12,577 nt of DNA from positions 1 through 12,577 of the forward strand of contig JBQTJP010000085.1 in assembly GCA_052386995.1 (NCBI GenBank), given 5' to 3'. A model generated the notes under the pieces. The model had not been told where the DNA came from and ran no database searches. It saw nothing but the letters and a program-made list of their open reading frames with translations. Origin of the DNA: Armatimonadota bacterium. Lineage in GTDB: Bacteria; Sysuimicrobiota; Sysuimicrobiia; Sysuimicrobiales; Humicultoraceae. Both the position numbers and the translations under genes were made by a program. Positions 1-10,741 of the stretch are shown one piece after another. How positions within the stretch are numbered: the stretch's first letter is position 1; each line of letters opens with the position of its first letter.

Positions 1-264
1 GTTGCGCCCCTGCATGCGGCGCCAGCGCGTCAGCAGGTCCTGCACGGTATGGTTGAGCGCGTGGCCCATGTGCAGGCTGCCCGTAATGTTGGGCAGCGGC
101 ATCATGATGGCGAACGGCCGGCGCGCCGGATCGACCGACGCGTGGAAGTAGCGCCGATTCAGCCACTCCTGATAGCGGCGGGGCTCCACTTCTAGTGGAT
201 TGTAGGGCGCGGCCTGCTCGTCTGTGGCCGTTTCCCTCGCCTTGGTCCGCGGTTTCTTTGCCAT
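1..264 (-). CDS. valS: Valine--tRNA ligase, N-terminal part (runs off the left edge of the window)
   Basis: Not in the ORF track; translated by hand from ATG at 264: MAKKPRTKARETATDEQAAPYNPLEVEPRRYQEWLNRRYF...PFAIMMPLPNITGSLHMGHALNHTVQDLLTRWRRMQGRN. This contains the class I HIGH-type motif (HMGH) in a ValRS context. Purine-rich SD (GGGAGGGAAGG) upstream, and a T-box with a Val specifier. Confidence 0.95.
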   Translation of the reverse strand, partial: MAKKPRTKARETATDEQAAPYNPLEVEPRRYQEWLNRRYFHASVDPARRPFAIMMPLPNITGSLHMGHALNHTVQDLLTRWRRMQGRN

Positions 265-279
265 GACCTTCCCTCCCAG

Positions 280-528
280 AAAAACACAAACGCCGCTGCC
301 TCAAGGGCGAAGCGGCGCTCCGCGGTACCACCTTGTTCCCGATCGGCCTTGGCCTTCATGCCGACCGGTGCTCGTTCTCGCGATCTCGGGCGAGTCCCGG
401 CAGCCCTACTGCGCGTTCGAGCTGCGGCTCGGGGGCGACGTTCAGCCGGCTCGTTCCCGGAAGGCCTTGCACTCGGTGGGCCTTCCTCGCTCGGGGCGCT
501 GCCGGCCTACTCCTCCCCGTCCTTGCCT
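280..528 (-). promoter_or_regulatory. T-box riboswitch (transcription attenuator), Val specifier GUC
   Basis: Minus strand has the T-box sequence AAGGTGGTACCGCG (about 321-334), then a terminator CGCCGCT...AGCGGCG + TTTGTGTTTT. Stem I carries AGTA and GAA motifs with GAAC-GTC (GTC at 439-437, Val). Stem II AGTA is also present. UGGU fits the A73 discriminator of tRNA-Val. Confidence 0.92.
281..317 (-). terminator. T-box intrinsic terminator upstream of valS
   Basis: CGCCGCT(TCGCCCTTGAGGC)AGCGGCG followed by a U-rich tract on the minus strand. Confidence 0.85.
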
Positions 529-536
529 ATAGGCGC

Positions 537-567
537 ATTATACCGGCCGCGGTGCGGGCCATGTCAA
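537..567 (-). promoter_or_regulatory. Sigma70-type promoter for the T-box/valS transcript
   Basis: TTGACA (567-562) and TATAAT (542-537), both perfect consensus, with a 19-bp spacer, just upstream of T-box stem I. Confidence 0.7.
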
Positions 568-686
568 GGTCTGGTAGAGTAGCAGGTCGTCACGCCCGGA
601 ATCCACGTGACCCCAGCCTCTTCCGTGCACGGGATCCGTAACGACCCCCGAGAAACGAAGACAGAGTAGCGGGAGGTGAAGAAACC

Positions 687-968
687 ATGCCAGGCACCGC
701 GCTCGTCCCGCAACTGGCCGGTCTCTTCCGCGAGACTGGGGAAGCCCACCATCAAGCCTACAGGCATACTAACGGTCATGATCCGGAGTGGCCGCTGTGG
801 TACGCAGGCCGCTTGCAGGATGATCTCGCAGGGCTTACCGGCAATCCCGTGTGGAAGAGCGAACTGGTAGATTTCCTTGTACTTGCCAACAAAGCGCAGC
901 CGACCGAGGCACCGGGGGCTGACTGGGCGGACTTCTACGCGCGCTTTTTCGTCAAGCGGTATCTCTAG
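687..968 (+). CDS. Small hypothetical protein (93 aa; AHHxAY and DPEWPLWYA motifs)
   Basis: Strong SD GGGAGGTG upstream of ATG, protein-like composition, GC3-rich codons. Converges on the GntR gene. Confidence 0.8.
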   Translation: MPGTALVPQLAGLFRETGEAHHQAYRHTNGHDPEWPLWYAGRLQDDLAGLTGNPVWKSELVDFLVLANKAQPTEAPGADWADFYARFFVKRYL

Positions 969-998
969 AGTGCCGACACGAAATCGGCACAGGTCATC

Positions 999-1721
999 CT
1001 AGACGTCCGCGGCCTGGAAAGTGGCAGCCAAGTCCGCCCTGAGGCTCGTCAGATGCTCGCGCATCGCCATCTCCGCGCGCAGGCCGTTGCGCGCCCGGAT
1101 GGCCGCGGTAAGCTTCGCCATCTCCCGGAACGACTTGGCTGCTCGCCCCTTCGCGCGCATGCTCCGAAGCCGAGCCTGATAGACCTGCGCACGGATCGCC
1201 TTGATAGAGCGTGCGAGCCGGACATTCTCCGACATGGCCGCGATGTCATCGTGGATATCCGCATCGATTGCGACCAGCCGCTCGAAGTCCGCCTGCTTGA
1301 GTGCTGCCCCGAACGCTTTGATGAGAGCGTTGAGGCGAGCGTGAAACTCCGGCGTGGCACGTTCAGCCGCCCGCCGCGCCGCGCGGCCCTCCAGTACCTC
1401 CCTCAGTTCGTAGAGATCGTCGACGTCCGCGAGGGTCACCTGCGGTACTACCACACCTCGGCCTGGCTCCGCCTGGACCAGACCCTCGGTTTCCAGGCGG
1501 CGCAGGGCGTCCCGAATGGGAGTGCGGCTCACACTCCAAGCCTGGGCGAGTTCGAGTTCATTTATGCGGGTTCCCATCGGCAACTGACCCTGGAGAATGG
1601 CCTCTTTGAGACGGCGGTACGCCGCTGTGCTCACCGTCTCGCGCACCGGCGGTCTTCCCCAGAGCCCGGCGAGCGGAACTGTGGTATCGAGGCGATCCAT
1701 AGCCTCCCCCGAGGATGGCAT
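999..1721 (-). CDS. GntR-family transcriptional regulator (FadR/FCD C-terminal domain)
   Basis: wHTH pattern AYRRLKEAILQGQLPMGTRINELELAQAWSVSRTPIRDALRRLETEGLV, and FCD features (LYELREVLEG, DADIHDDI, AMREHL). The start could instead be ATG at 1700. Confidence 0.93.
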   Translation of the reverse strand: MPSSGEAMDRLDTTVPLAGLWGRPPVRETVSTAAYRRLKEAILQGQLPMGTRINELELAQAWSVSRTPIRDALRRLETEGLVQAEPGRGVVVPQVTLADVDDLYELREVLEGRAARRAAERATPEFHARLNALIKAFGAALKQADFERLVAIDADIHDDIAAMSENVRLARSIKAIRAQVYQARLRSMRAKGRAAKSFREMAKLTAAIRARNGLRAEMAMREHLTSLRADLAATFQAADV

Positions 1722-1738
1722 TCTAGTCGTACATGTTG

Positions 1739-1767
1739 ATTGTGCTTAGAATTGTGTACTCCGTCAA
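1739..1767 (-). promoter_or_regulatory. Probable sigma70 promoter of the gntR gene, overlapping repeats that may be an operator
   Basis: TTGACG (1767-1762), 17 bp, CACAAT (1744-1739), in an AT-rich patch. CACAAT occurs twice, and TGTTGA/TCAACA form a flanking inverted repeat. Confidence 0.55.
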
Positions 1768-1882
1768 CACCCAGACCCGGCCCCGGCCCCAGCGAGCCCA
1801 TGGGCTTTTCCGCCGCGCTTCAGGATGCTATCGTGGCTCTGGTAGCTCCCAGACCCGAAATATCGTGTGCCAGGGGAGAGAC

Positions 1883-2254
1883 ATGACATACATCATCGCC
1901 GAGCCGTGTGTTGGGGTGAAAGACCGGGCCTGCGTTGAAGTGTGCCCGGTCGACTGCATCTACGAATACGTGGAGGAAGTCGGCGGGTACGTCGTGCCGG
2001 ACCCCTCGACAGGAGCCGGAGTGGACAAACAGGTCATCCCTCGGGGCGACGTGTCACACATCCCCCCCGATGACTTTCCGAAGGACAAACTGCTGGCCCA
2101 GCTCTACATCCATCCGGATGAATGCATCGACTGCGGCGCGTGCGAGTCCGTGTGCCCGGTCACGGCCATCTTCGCAGAGGCCGACACGCCGGATCAGTGG
2201 AAGGCCGAGTATATTCCGCTCAACTACCAGGCCTTCGGACTCCAGCCAAAGTAG
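1883..2254 (+). CDS. Dicluster (7Fe-type, [3Fe-4S]+[4Fe-4S]) ferredoxin with an internal insertion
   Basis: [27 protein letters not shown] ... [24 protein letters not shown] is the FdxA-type pattern. SD GGGGAG lies before ATG 1883; the ORF track's 1733 start is an upstream extension. Confidence 0.92.
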   Translation: MTYIIAEPCVGVKDRACVEVCPVDCIYEYVEEVGGYVVPDPSTGAGVDKQVIPRGDVSHIPPDDFPKDKLLAQLYIHPDECIDCGACESVCPVTAIFAEADTPDQWKAEYIPLNYQAFGLQPK

Positions 2255-2280
2255 CGGACGCGGCACCTGTCTGAGAAATG

Positions 2281-2308
2281 CGAAGGGGCACCACCGGGTG
2301 CCCCTTCG
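2281..2308. terminator. Likely bidirectional terminator between the ferredoxin gene and lon
   Basis: Perfect 12-bp stem CGAAGGGGCACC-ACCG-GGTGCCCCTTCG between convergent genes, with short T-rich runs on both strands. Confidence 0.8.
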
Positions 2309-2332
2309 ATGTTTAAATGGAGGCTACCGTCG

Positions 2333-4816
<2,484 letters not shown>

Positions 4817-4847
4817 TTATCCCTCCCCGGCCCGGCCTAATCTCGTA

Positions 4848-4873
4848 AACGATGGAGAGCCGGGGCCTGTTCC
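4848..4873 (-). promoter_or_regulatory. Candidate ECF-sigma promoter upstream of lon
   Basis: GGAAC (4873-4869), 17 bp, CGTT (4851-4848), ending about 30 nt before the first lon ATG. Confidence 0.5.
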
Positions 4874-4968
4874 CTGGTAGTTAGATACCCGCCTTGCCGT
4901 CGTGCTGGACGGACAGCCCGAAAGGGGGCCGGGTCAGGAGATCCTAGAAACTTCGGTGGGACTGTACG

Positions 4969-6234
4969 TCAGGAGGCCGGCTTCTCCAGGACCTGAGCCT
5001 TGAGGTCCGCCGAGGTCCACAATTGCGGCCCGGTTCGGCGAAGTACCGCTTCCTCGGTGACCAGAACCCGCCGGATGTCCCCCCTGGAAGGAATCTCGTA
5101 CATGATGTCCAGCATGATCTCCTCGATGATCGTCCGCAGGCCCCGCGCGCCCGTGTTGCGGGTCATCGCTTCGCGGGCGATGGCCCGAAGCGCGTCGTCG
5201 GTGAAGTCCAGCTCAACCCCGTCCATCTCCAAGATCTTCTGATACTGGCGCACCAGCGCGTTCTTGGGCTCGACGAGCACGGCGACGAGATCGGCCTCGT
5301 CGAGGGGATCGAGCGGGACGATCACGGGCAGCCGCCCGATGAACTCGGGGATCAACCCGTACCGCAGCAGATCCTGCGGCATCGTTTGCCCAAGCACCTC
5401 GGCCAGATGCTTCTTGCTGCGCGGCTCGATCATCGCCCCAAACCCGATACTCGTCTGCCGGGTTCTAGACTCGATGATCTTCTCCAGCCCGTCGAAGGCC
5501 CCCCCGCAGATGAACAGGATGTTGGTGGTGTCGATCTGGATGAACTCCTGGTGCGGGTGCTTGCGCCCTCCCTGGGGCGGGACGTTGGCCGTCGTCCCTT
5601 CAAGAATCTTCAGGAGAGCCTGCTGGACGCCCTCACCCGACACGTCGCGGGTGATCGACGGGTTTTCGCTCTTCCGGGCGATCTTGTCGACCTCGTCGAT
5701 GTAGATGATGCCGCGCTCGGCCTTCTTGATCTCGTAATCCGCCGACTGAATCAGGCGCAACAGGATGTTCTCGACGTCTTCGCCGACGTAGCCGGCTTCG
5801 GTGAGGGACGTCGCATCGGCGATCGCAAACGGCACCTCGAGGATCTTCGCGAGGGTCTGCGCCAGCAGCGTCTTGCCGCATCCCGTCGGCCCGATGAGGA
5901 GGATGTTGGACTTCTGCAGTTCGACCTCGGACGGACGGCGGCTGCCGATGCGCTTGTAGTGGTTGTAGACCGCGACCGCGAGCGCCTTTTTGGCCCGATC
6001 CTGCCCGACGACATACTGCCGCAGCGTATCGTAGATCTCTTTGGGCTTCGGGGTGACCTGCTGCGGCCGGAGGTCTTCCCCCGCCAGATCCTCTTCGACG
6101 ATCTCGCTGCACAGCTCGATGCACTCGTCGCAGATGTAGACGCCCGGCCCTTTGACAAGTTTGCGCACCTGCGACTGCGGCTTCGCGCAGAAAGAGCACT
6201 TCATCGGCTCACGCTCGTCGCCGGATCGAAACAT
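4969..6234 (-). CDS. clpX: ATP-dependent Clp protease ATP-binding subunit ClpX
   Basis: C4 zinc finger (CSFC...CDEC), Walker [13 protein letters not shown] pore loop, RKH loop, IGF loop, GARGLR. Confidence 0.98.
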   Translation of the reverse strand: MFRSGDEREPMKCSFCAKPQSQVRKLVKGPGVYICDECIELCSEIVEEDLAGEDLRPQQVTPKPKEIYDTLRQYVVGQDRAKKALAVAVYNHYKRIGSRRPSEVELQKSNILLIGPTGCGKTLLAQTLAKILEVPFAIADATSLTEAGYVGEDVENILLRLIQSADYEIKKAERGIIYIDEVDKIARKSENPSITRDVSGEGVQQALLKILEGTTANVPPQGGRKHPHQEFIQIDTTNILFICGGAFDGLEKIIESRTRQTSIGFGAMIEPRSKKHLAEVLGQTMPQDLLRYGLIPEFIGRLPVIVPLDPLDEADLVAVLVEPKNALVRQYQKILEMDGVELDFTDDALRAIAREAMTRNTGARGLRTIIEEIMLDIMYEIPSRGDIRRVLVTEEAVLRRTGPQLWTSADLKAQVLEKPAS

Positions 6235-6241
6235 CGCGCGA

Positions 6242-6844
6242 TCATCCGCCCTTCGCCTTGACCCGCTCCCGCGGCAGGATCACCTGATCGATGATCCCAT
6301 ACTCCTTCGCAGTCTCGGGGTCCATCCAGTAGTTGCGGTCGGTGTCGCGCTCGATGCGTTCGAGCGACTGGCCACTGTGCCGGGCCAGGATCTGGTTCAT
6401 CTGCGCGCGCCACTTGAGGAATTCGCGCGCTTGAATGTCGATGTCGGTCGTCATGCCCTGCGCCCCGCCCCACGGCTGATGGATCATGATGCGCGAGTAG
6501 GGCAGCGACGAGCGCTTCCCCTTTGCCCCGCCGGCCAGCACCAGGGCGCCGCCGCTCGCGGCCATCCCCACGCAAATCGTGGCGATGTCCGGCCTGACGT
6601 ACTGCATGGTGTCGTAGATGGCCAGCGAGGCGATCAGGTCGCCGCCGTGGCTGTTCACGTAGAGGTTGATGTCCTTGTCCGGATCCTCGCTCTCGAGGTA
6701 GAGCATCTGGGCGATGATCAGGTTCGCCGAGTCATCGGCAATCTCGCCGCCCAGAAAGATGATCCTGTCCTTGAGGAGGCGCGAGTAGATGTCATAGGCA
6801 CGCTCGCCCCGTGCAGTTTGCTCGACGACCATCGGGATCAGCAT
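6242..6844 (-). CDS. clpP: ATP-dependent Clp protease proteolytic subunit
   Basis: N-terminus [27 protein letters not shown], catalytic Ser (GMAAS) and His (MIHQP), located between tig and clpX. Confidence 0.97.
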   Translation of the reverse strand: MLIPMVVEQTARGERAYDIYSRLLKDRIIFLGGEIADDSANLIIAQMLYLESEDPDKDINLYVNSHGGDLIASLAIYDTMQYVRPDIATICVGMAASGGALVLAGGAKGKRSSLPYSRIMIHQPWGGAQGMTTDIDIQAREFLKWRAQMNQILARHSGQSLERIERDTDRNYWMDPETAKEYGIIDQVILPRERVKAKGG

Positions 6845-6846
6845 TT

Positions 6847-8103
6847 CTAGCCTCCAGAGCCTTCCTGGGCCTTGGCGACCAGCGCCGCCGCTGTCTTGCG
6901 CCGGCGGAGCATCGCGATCATGGCTTCACGGCGTCCTTCGTCGGCAAGCCACTCACGGACGCGGGCCAGGTCCTGCTTCAACTCAGCGGCCACCTTCTCT
7001 TCTTCGACGACAATCTCCTCTTGCGTGGGCAACAATCCCTCACGGCGCGCGATCTCGTCGAGTACGAGGCGGGATCGGAGCCGTCGCTCGGCGCGGGGAC
7101 GCATCTCATCGCGCAACCCCGCCAGGTCTTTTTGCGCGCTCTCGAGATACCGCTCGAGCGAGTAGCCGCGTCGCTGCAGCGAGTCGGCAAGATCACCGAT
7201 CAGGTGCTCGATCTCGTGATCGACCAGGCTCGCCGGCAACTCAACGGTGGCGCCCTCGAGCACCGTCGAGAGGACCTGCTCCTCATACTGCTCCTGCGCG
7301 CGCCTGGCGGCGTCGGCCGAGAGTTGATCACGCACCCGCGCACGCAGCTCGTCCACGGTGGCGACCTTGCCCACGGTCTTCGCGAACGCGTCGTCCAGTG
7401 GCGGCAGCTCGCGGCGCCTGACGTCGACGACCGTGGCGACGAGCCGCCCCGACTCGCCCAGCGCGATCGTGCGCTCCTCTCCGGCCTTCGCACCCTCCAG
7501 CGCGCCTTCGACCTCACGCGGAAAGCCACCGGCGCCCAATTCGACCAGGACTTCGCGGCCGACCTGAAAACGGTCGACGCCCTCGGCGACGGTCGGGCGA
7601 ATCAGCACGAAGTCTCCGGCGCCCGCGCTGGCGTCCGGGACCGAGGCGAGGTGGCTGCGGCCGCGCCGCAACTCAGCAATCGTTGCGTCGACGTTGGCGT
7701 CAGAGACCTCGATTGCCTGCTTCGGCACCCGCACAGTGTCATACGTGCCGGGATCAACCTCGGGCGACACGTCCACGCGTGCGACGAAGCGCAGCGGCTG
7801 CGCCTCATCGAGCGGTGGCACGTCAAACTCAGGACGGCCCACAGGGACCATGCCGGCCTCGGCCACCGCACGCCGGTACGCGGACGTGACGAGCTCCTCG
7901 GCGGCTTCGCCATACACCTCATCCCGCCCAATGTAACGCTCCAGGATCGCCCGCGGCGTCTTCCCACGCCGAAACCCCGGCACGCGGACACGCCGGGCCA
8001 GGCGTGAGGCGGCCTCACGCACTTCTCGCACCACCTCCTCAGCCGGTACCTCGACCTCCAAAACGGCGCGGCTGGGCGGTTCTCGCCTCCACTCCACTTT
8101 CAT
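6847..8103 (-). CDS. tig: Trigger factor
   Basis: Ribosome-binding signature [21 protein letters not shown] motif, 418 aa, canonical tig-clpP-clpX-lon synteny, SD GGAGG. Confidence 0.95.
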   Translation of the reverse strand: MKVEWRREPPSRAVLEVEVPAEEVVREVREAASRLARRVRVPGFRRGKTPRAILERYIGRDEVYGEAAEELVTSAYRRAVAEAGMVPVGRPEFDVPPLDEAQPLRFVARVDVSPEVDPGTYDTVRVPKQAIEVSDANVDATIAELRRGRSHLASVPDASAGAGDFVLIRPTVAEGVDRFQVGREVLVELGAGGFPREVEGALEGAKAGEERTIALGESGRLVATVVDVRRRELPPLDDAFAKTVGKVATVDELRARVRDQLSADAARRAQEQYEEQVLSTVLEGATVELPASLVDHEIEHLIGDLADSLQRRGYSLERYLESAQKDLAGLRDEMRPRAERRLRSRLVLDEIARREGLLPTQEEIVVEEEKVAAELKQDLARVREWLADEGRREAMIAMLRRRKTAAALVAKAQEGSGG

Positions 8104-8185
8104 CGGCAGCCTCCGGGCCGACCTGCGGGGGTTCGGAAGATCGCCGTGCGGAAACTTGTGGTGCCGGGTTCTGCCATGTTTGGGT

Positions 8186-8272
8186 TGGTGCGGGCGGAGG
8201 GACTCGAACCCCCACCGGCTCGCGCCGACCAGATCCTAAGTCTGGCGCCTATACCAGTTCGGCTACGCCCGC
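8186..8272 (-). tRNA. tRNA-Leu (anticodon TAG)
   Basis: GCGGGCG acceptor stem, anticodon arm CCAGA-CTTAGGA-TCTGG, long variable arm, GTTCGAGTC T-loop, A73 and encoded CCA; 87 nt. Confidence 0.97.
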
Positions 8273-8303
8273 GGCGTGGCCCAACTTCCTATCACTGCGA
8301 GTC

Positions 8304-8333
8304 ATTGTATGCCAGCGCGCTTCTCACTGTCTA
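8304..8333 (-). promoter_or_regulatory. Probable sigma70 promoter for tRNA-Leu (and possibly the tig operon)
   Basis: TAGACA (8333-8328), 18 bp, TACAAT (8309-8304), about 30 nt upstream of the tRNA. Confidence 0.55.
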
Positions 8334-8430
8334 GCGCTCGCGGGGGACGAATGGCCCCGACGTGCAGGAAGAGGTGACGAGCAACGGTGAAAGGCCCCTG
8401 ACGACGTGAGCGCGAGCGAGGAGAGAAAGC

Positions 8431-9840
8431 ATGCCTGACACCGATCTCAGCTTCAAGAGCGCGACGGAGCTCGGCAGAATGCTGCGGGAGCGGAAGATTT
8501 CCTCTGTGGAGCTCACACGGCTCTTCCTCGATCGGCTAAAGACCCTTGGTCCTCGATACAATGCGCTGGCCACCCTGACGGCCGCGACCGCGGTGGCGCA
8601 GGCACGACGCGCGGATCAACGGCTGCGGAGAGGCGACAACACCTGGCCGCTGCTGGGGGTGCCCTACGGCGCAAAGGATCTGCTCGCGACCAAGGGCATT
8701 CCCACCCGGTGGGGGTCCCCCGCTCATCGACACCAGACGTTCGCCCATGATGCCACCGTGATTCAGAAACTGCGGGACGCGGGCGCGGTGCTCGCCGGCA
8801 AGCTTGCGATGGTGGAACTCGCGGGCGGTGGAGGCTACGAATACGCAAGCGCGTCCGCAGACGGCCCGGGATTGAATCCGTGGAACGTCAGGCATTGGGC
8901 CGGCGGGTCATCGTCGGGATCGGGCAGCGCGGTGGCGGCCGGGCTCGTGCCGTACGCGCTCGGGTCCGAGACCTGGGGCAGCATCGTGACGCCGTCCGGC
9001 TTCTGCGGCATCACGGGCCTGCGCCCGACATGGGGGTTGGTCAGCCGCTACGGCGCCATGGAGCTCGCGTGGAGCATGGACAAGATCGGGCCGATGGCGC
9101 GGACCGCGGAAGACTGCGGCTGGATATTGCAGGCGATCACGGGCACCGACCGCCATGACCCCACGACGACGGCCGTTGACCACCGGTCAACGGGGTTCGC
9201 GTTCAATCCCCGGATTGAACGAAGGGCATTTCGGTTGGGAATCCTCCCCGCCGACTTCTCGCATGCGCCGGAACTCGAGCGAGCGTTCAAGGCAGCCGTG
9301 CGGATCCTCAGAAGCGCCGGCATGCGTGTGACCCGCGCGGAGTTGCCCGCGCATCCGTACGCTAAGACGGCCCGCAGGCTTCTGAATGGTGAGATGGCGG
9401 CCGCACACGCCGAATTCATTCGGAGCAAGAAGCTCGGCAAACTGGTTGACGCGGGGCAAAAGAGGGGCTTGCGCGCATCGATGAAGCTGACAGCGTCGGA
9501 CCACATCCGCGCTGAGCAGCGGCGCCTCGAGATGAAGCGCGATGTCTTGGGGGTCTTCGAGAAGTTCGATGCCCTCGTATCTCCATCGTTGATGACCGAA
9601 GCGGTCACGCTGGAGACGAATCTCAAGACGCTGCGCCGCCGGCGCGGCAACTACGGCGTGCTGGGCGCGCTGTGCGGAGTCCCGGCGCTGAGCGTGCCGA
9701 TGGGGTTTGGCCGCCACGGTCTCCCGCTTGGCCTTGCGATTACCGGCAACCTGCTCAGCGAGGCGACGCTGCTGCAGATTGGCATGATCTTTCAGCGCGA
9801 AACGGACTGGCACCAGCGTCATCCGCCCGAGGTGTCTTGA
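8431..9840 (+). CDS. Amidase-signature family enzyme (GatA/AtzE-like fold; substrate unknown)
   Basis: PLLGVPYGAKDL (catalytic Lys), GGSSSGS (cis-Ser), GSETWGSIVTPSGFCG (nucleophile Ser), PTWGLVSRYG, SMDKIGPMAR. No gatC/gatB neighbours. Confidence 0.93.
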   Translation: MPDTDLSFKSATELGRMLRERKISSVELTRLFLDRLKTLGPRYNALATLTAATAVAQARRADQRLRRGDNTWPLLGVPYGAKDLLATKGIPTRWGSPAHRHQTFAHDATVIQKLRDAGAVLAGKLAMVELAGGGGYEYASASADGPGLNPWNVRHWAGGSSSGSGSAVAAGLVPYALGSETWGSIVTPSGFCGITGLRPTWGLVSRYGAMELAWSMDKIGPMARTAEDCGWILQAITGTDRHDPTTTAVDHRSTGFAFNPRIERRAFRLGILPADFSHAPELERAFKAAVRILRSAGMRVTRAELPAHPYAKTARRLLNGEMAAAHAEFIRSKKLGKLVDAGQKRGLRASMKLTASDHIRAEQRRLEMKRDVLGVFEKFDALVSPSLMTEAVTLETNLKTLRRRRGNYGVLGALCGVPALSVPMGFGRHGLPLGLAITGNLLSEATLLQIGMIFQRETDWHQRHPPEVS

Positions 9841-9879
9841 GGGTTCCAACAGAACGCTCGCAAAGGAGGGGTTGGGGTC

Positions 9880-10167
9880 ATGCGGCGATGGGCGATAGCA
9901 CTTCTGATTGCTCTGCTCGGCAGCACCGTGGTGTGGCCCGACATCGCACACACCTCCACGATCACGCTGTCTGCGTGTCGGGAGGTGATCCGTGAAGATC
10001 TTGGGGCGATTGGATCGCGTGTTTCTGTGACAAGGTGCGCAAGCGAGTTTTCGGTCTCCGACCCGCACATCGTGCTCTTCGCCAGCATTGCGGGGGTCGA
10101 CTACGAGCAGGATGCGACAGTAGAGTTGGCCGACCCCGACACCGTTAGTGTCATGCGCGCCACGTGA
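9880..10167 (+). CDS. Small exported hypothetical protein, possibly truncated
   Basis: SD AAAGGAGG upstream, signal-peptide-like N-terminus MRRWAIALLIALLG, a Cys pair, and a beta-rich body that ends abruptly. Confidence 0.55.
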   Translation: MRRWAIALLIALLGSTVVWPDIAHTSTITLSACREVIREDLGAIGSRVSVTRCASEFSVSDPHIVLFASIAGVDYEQDATVELADPDTVSVMRAT

Positions 10168-10222
10168 GCCGCGTTCGAAGTGGAGACGTGGAGACCGTAC
10201 CTACCTTGAAAGGAGTCCTTCG

Positions 10223-10741
10223 ATGAGAAAAGTGGCTGGGTTGATGGTGGTCGCGCTCTCGTTCCTCACAGGTGTCGTTGCGGCCGGCGACGGACCGTGG
10301 ACGATCACGCCCAATAGGTTGCTGAAAGGAGCGACCGGCCGTCTCGTCGTCACGCTGCCAAAGGGAACCGAGTTCGTCGTGTACGTCTACCGGGCGGGCG
10401 CCAAGAGCCCGAGCGCGGGCCAGAAGTACGGGAAGGCGTTCACACTCGCGCCCGGTCCCTACGACGTCGTCATCAACAAAGGGGGGTCAGACATGGCTCG
10501 GCTGTGGCGGATCCGAGGCGTCCCAATCGAGCGCGGCAAGGATACTCGAATCCATGCCGGCGTGCTGAACGTCGTCTCGGCGGAGGGGATGTGGCAGGTC
10601 TACGACGAGAACAAGGTGGTGATCGTCGTCGATGGCAGCGGCCCGGAGAAGGTCGGCCTCGCGGCGGGAAAGTACTTGATCAAGATCTCCGGGGAGTTCT
10701 CGCCGGTCGTCATTAAGGATGGTCAGGTCACGAACTTCTGA
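10223..10741 (+). CDS. Exported hypothetical protein with two tandem beta-sandwich (PEGA-like) repeats
   Basis: SD AAGGAG before ATG 10223 (not 10148). Signal peptide MRKVAGLMVVALSFLTGVVAA. Repeated GxLxV...LxxGxYxV/IxI motif (LAPGPYDVVI / LAAGKYLIKI). Confidence 0.8.
   Translation: MRKVAGLMVVALSFLTGVVAAGDGPWTITPNRLLKGATGRLVVTLPKGTEFVVYVYRAGAKSPSAGQKYGKAFTLAPGPYDVVINKGGSDMARLWRIRGVPIERGKDTRIHAGVLNVVSAEGMWQVYDENKVVIVVDGSGPEKVGLAAGKYLIKISGEFSPVVIKDGQVTNF

Noticed and set aside
224..641. Short plus-strand ORFs of 77-102 aa
   Set aside because: They overlap the T-box leader and valS promoter on the opposite strand, and have Arg/Pro/Ser-rich non-protein-like composition.
1733..1882. N-terminal extension of the ferredoxin in the ORF track
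   Set aside because: Family homology begins at MTYII (1883), which has its own SD; the extension covers promoter DNA.
8431..9840. Calling the amidase gatA
   Set aside because: No adjacent gatC/gatB, and the nucleophile motif is ETWGSIV rather than DTGGSIR; better left as a generic amidase-signature enzyme.
10165..10167. Selenocysteine readthrough of the TGA in the 9880 ORF
   Set aside because: No convincing SECIS-like hairpin directly downstream and no redox-motif context.
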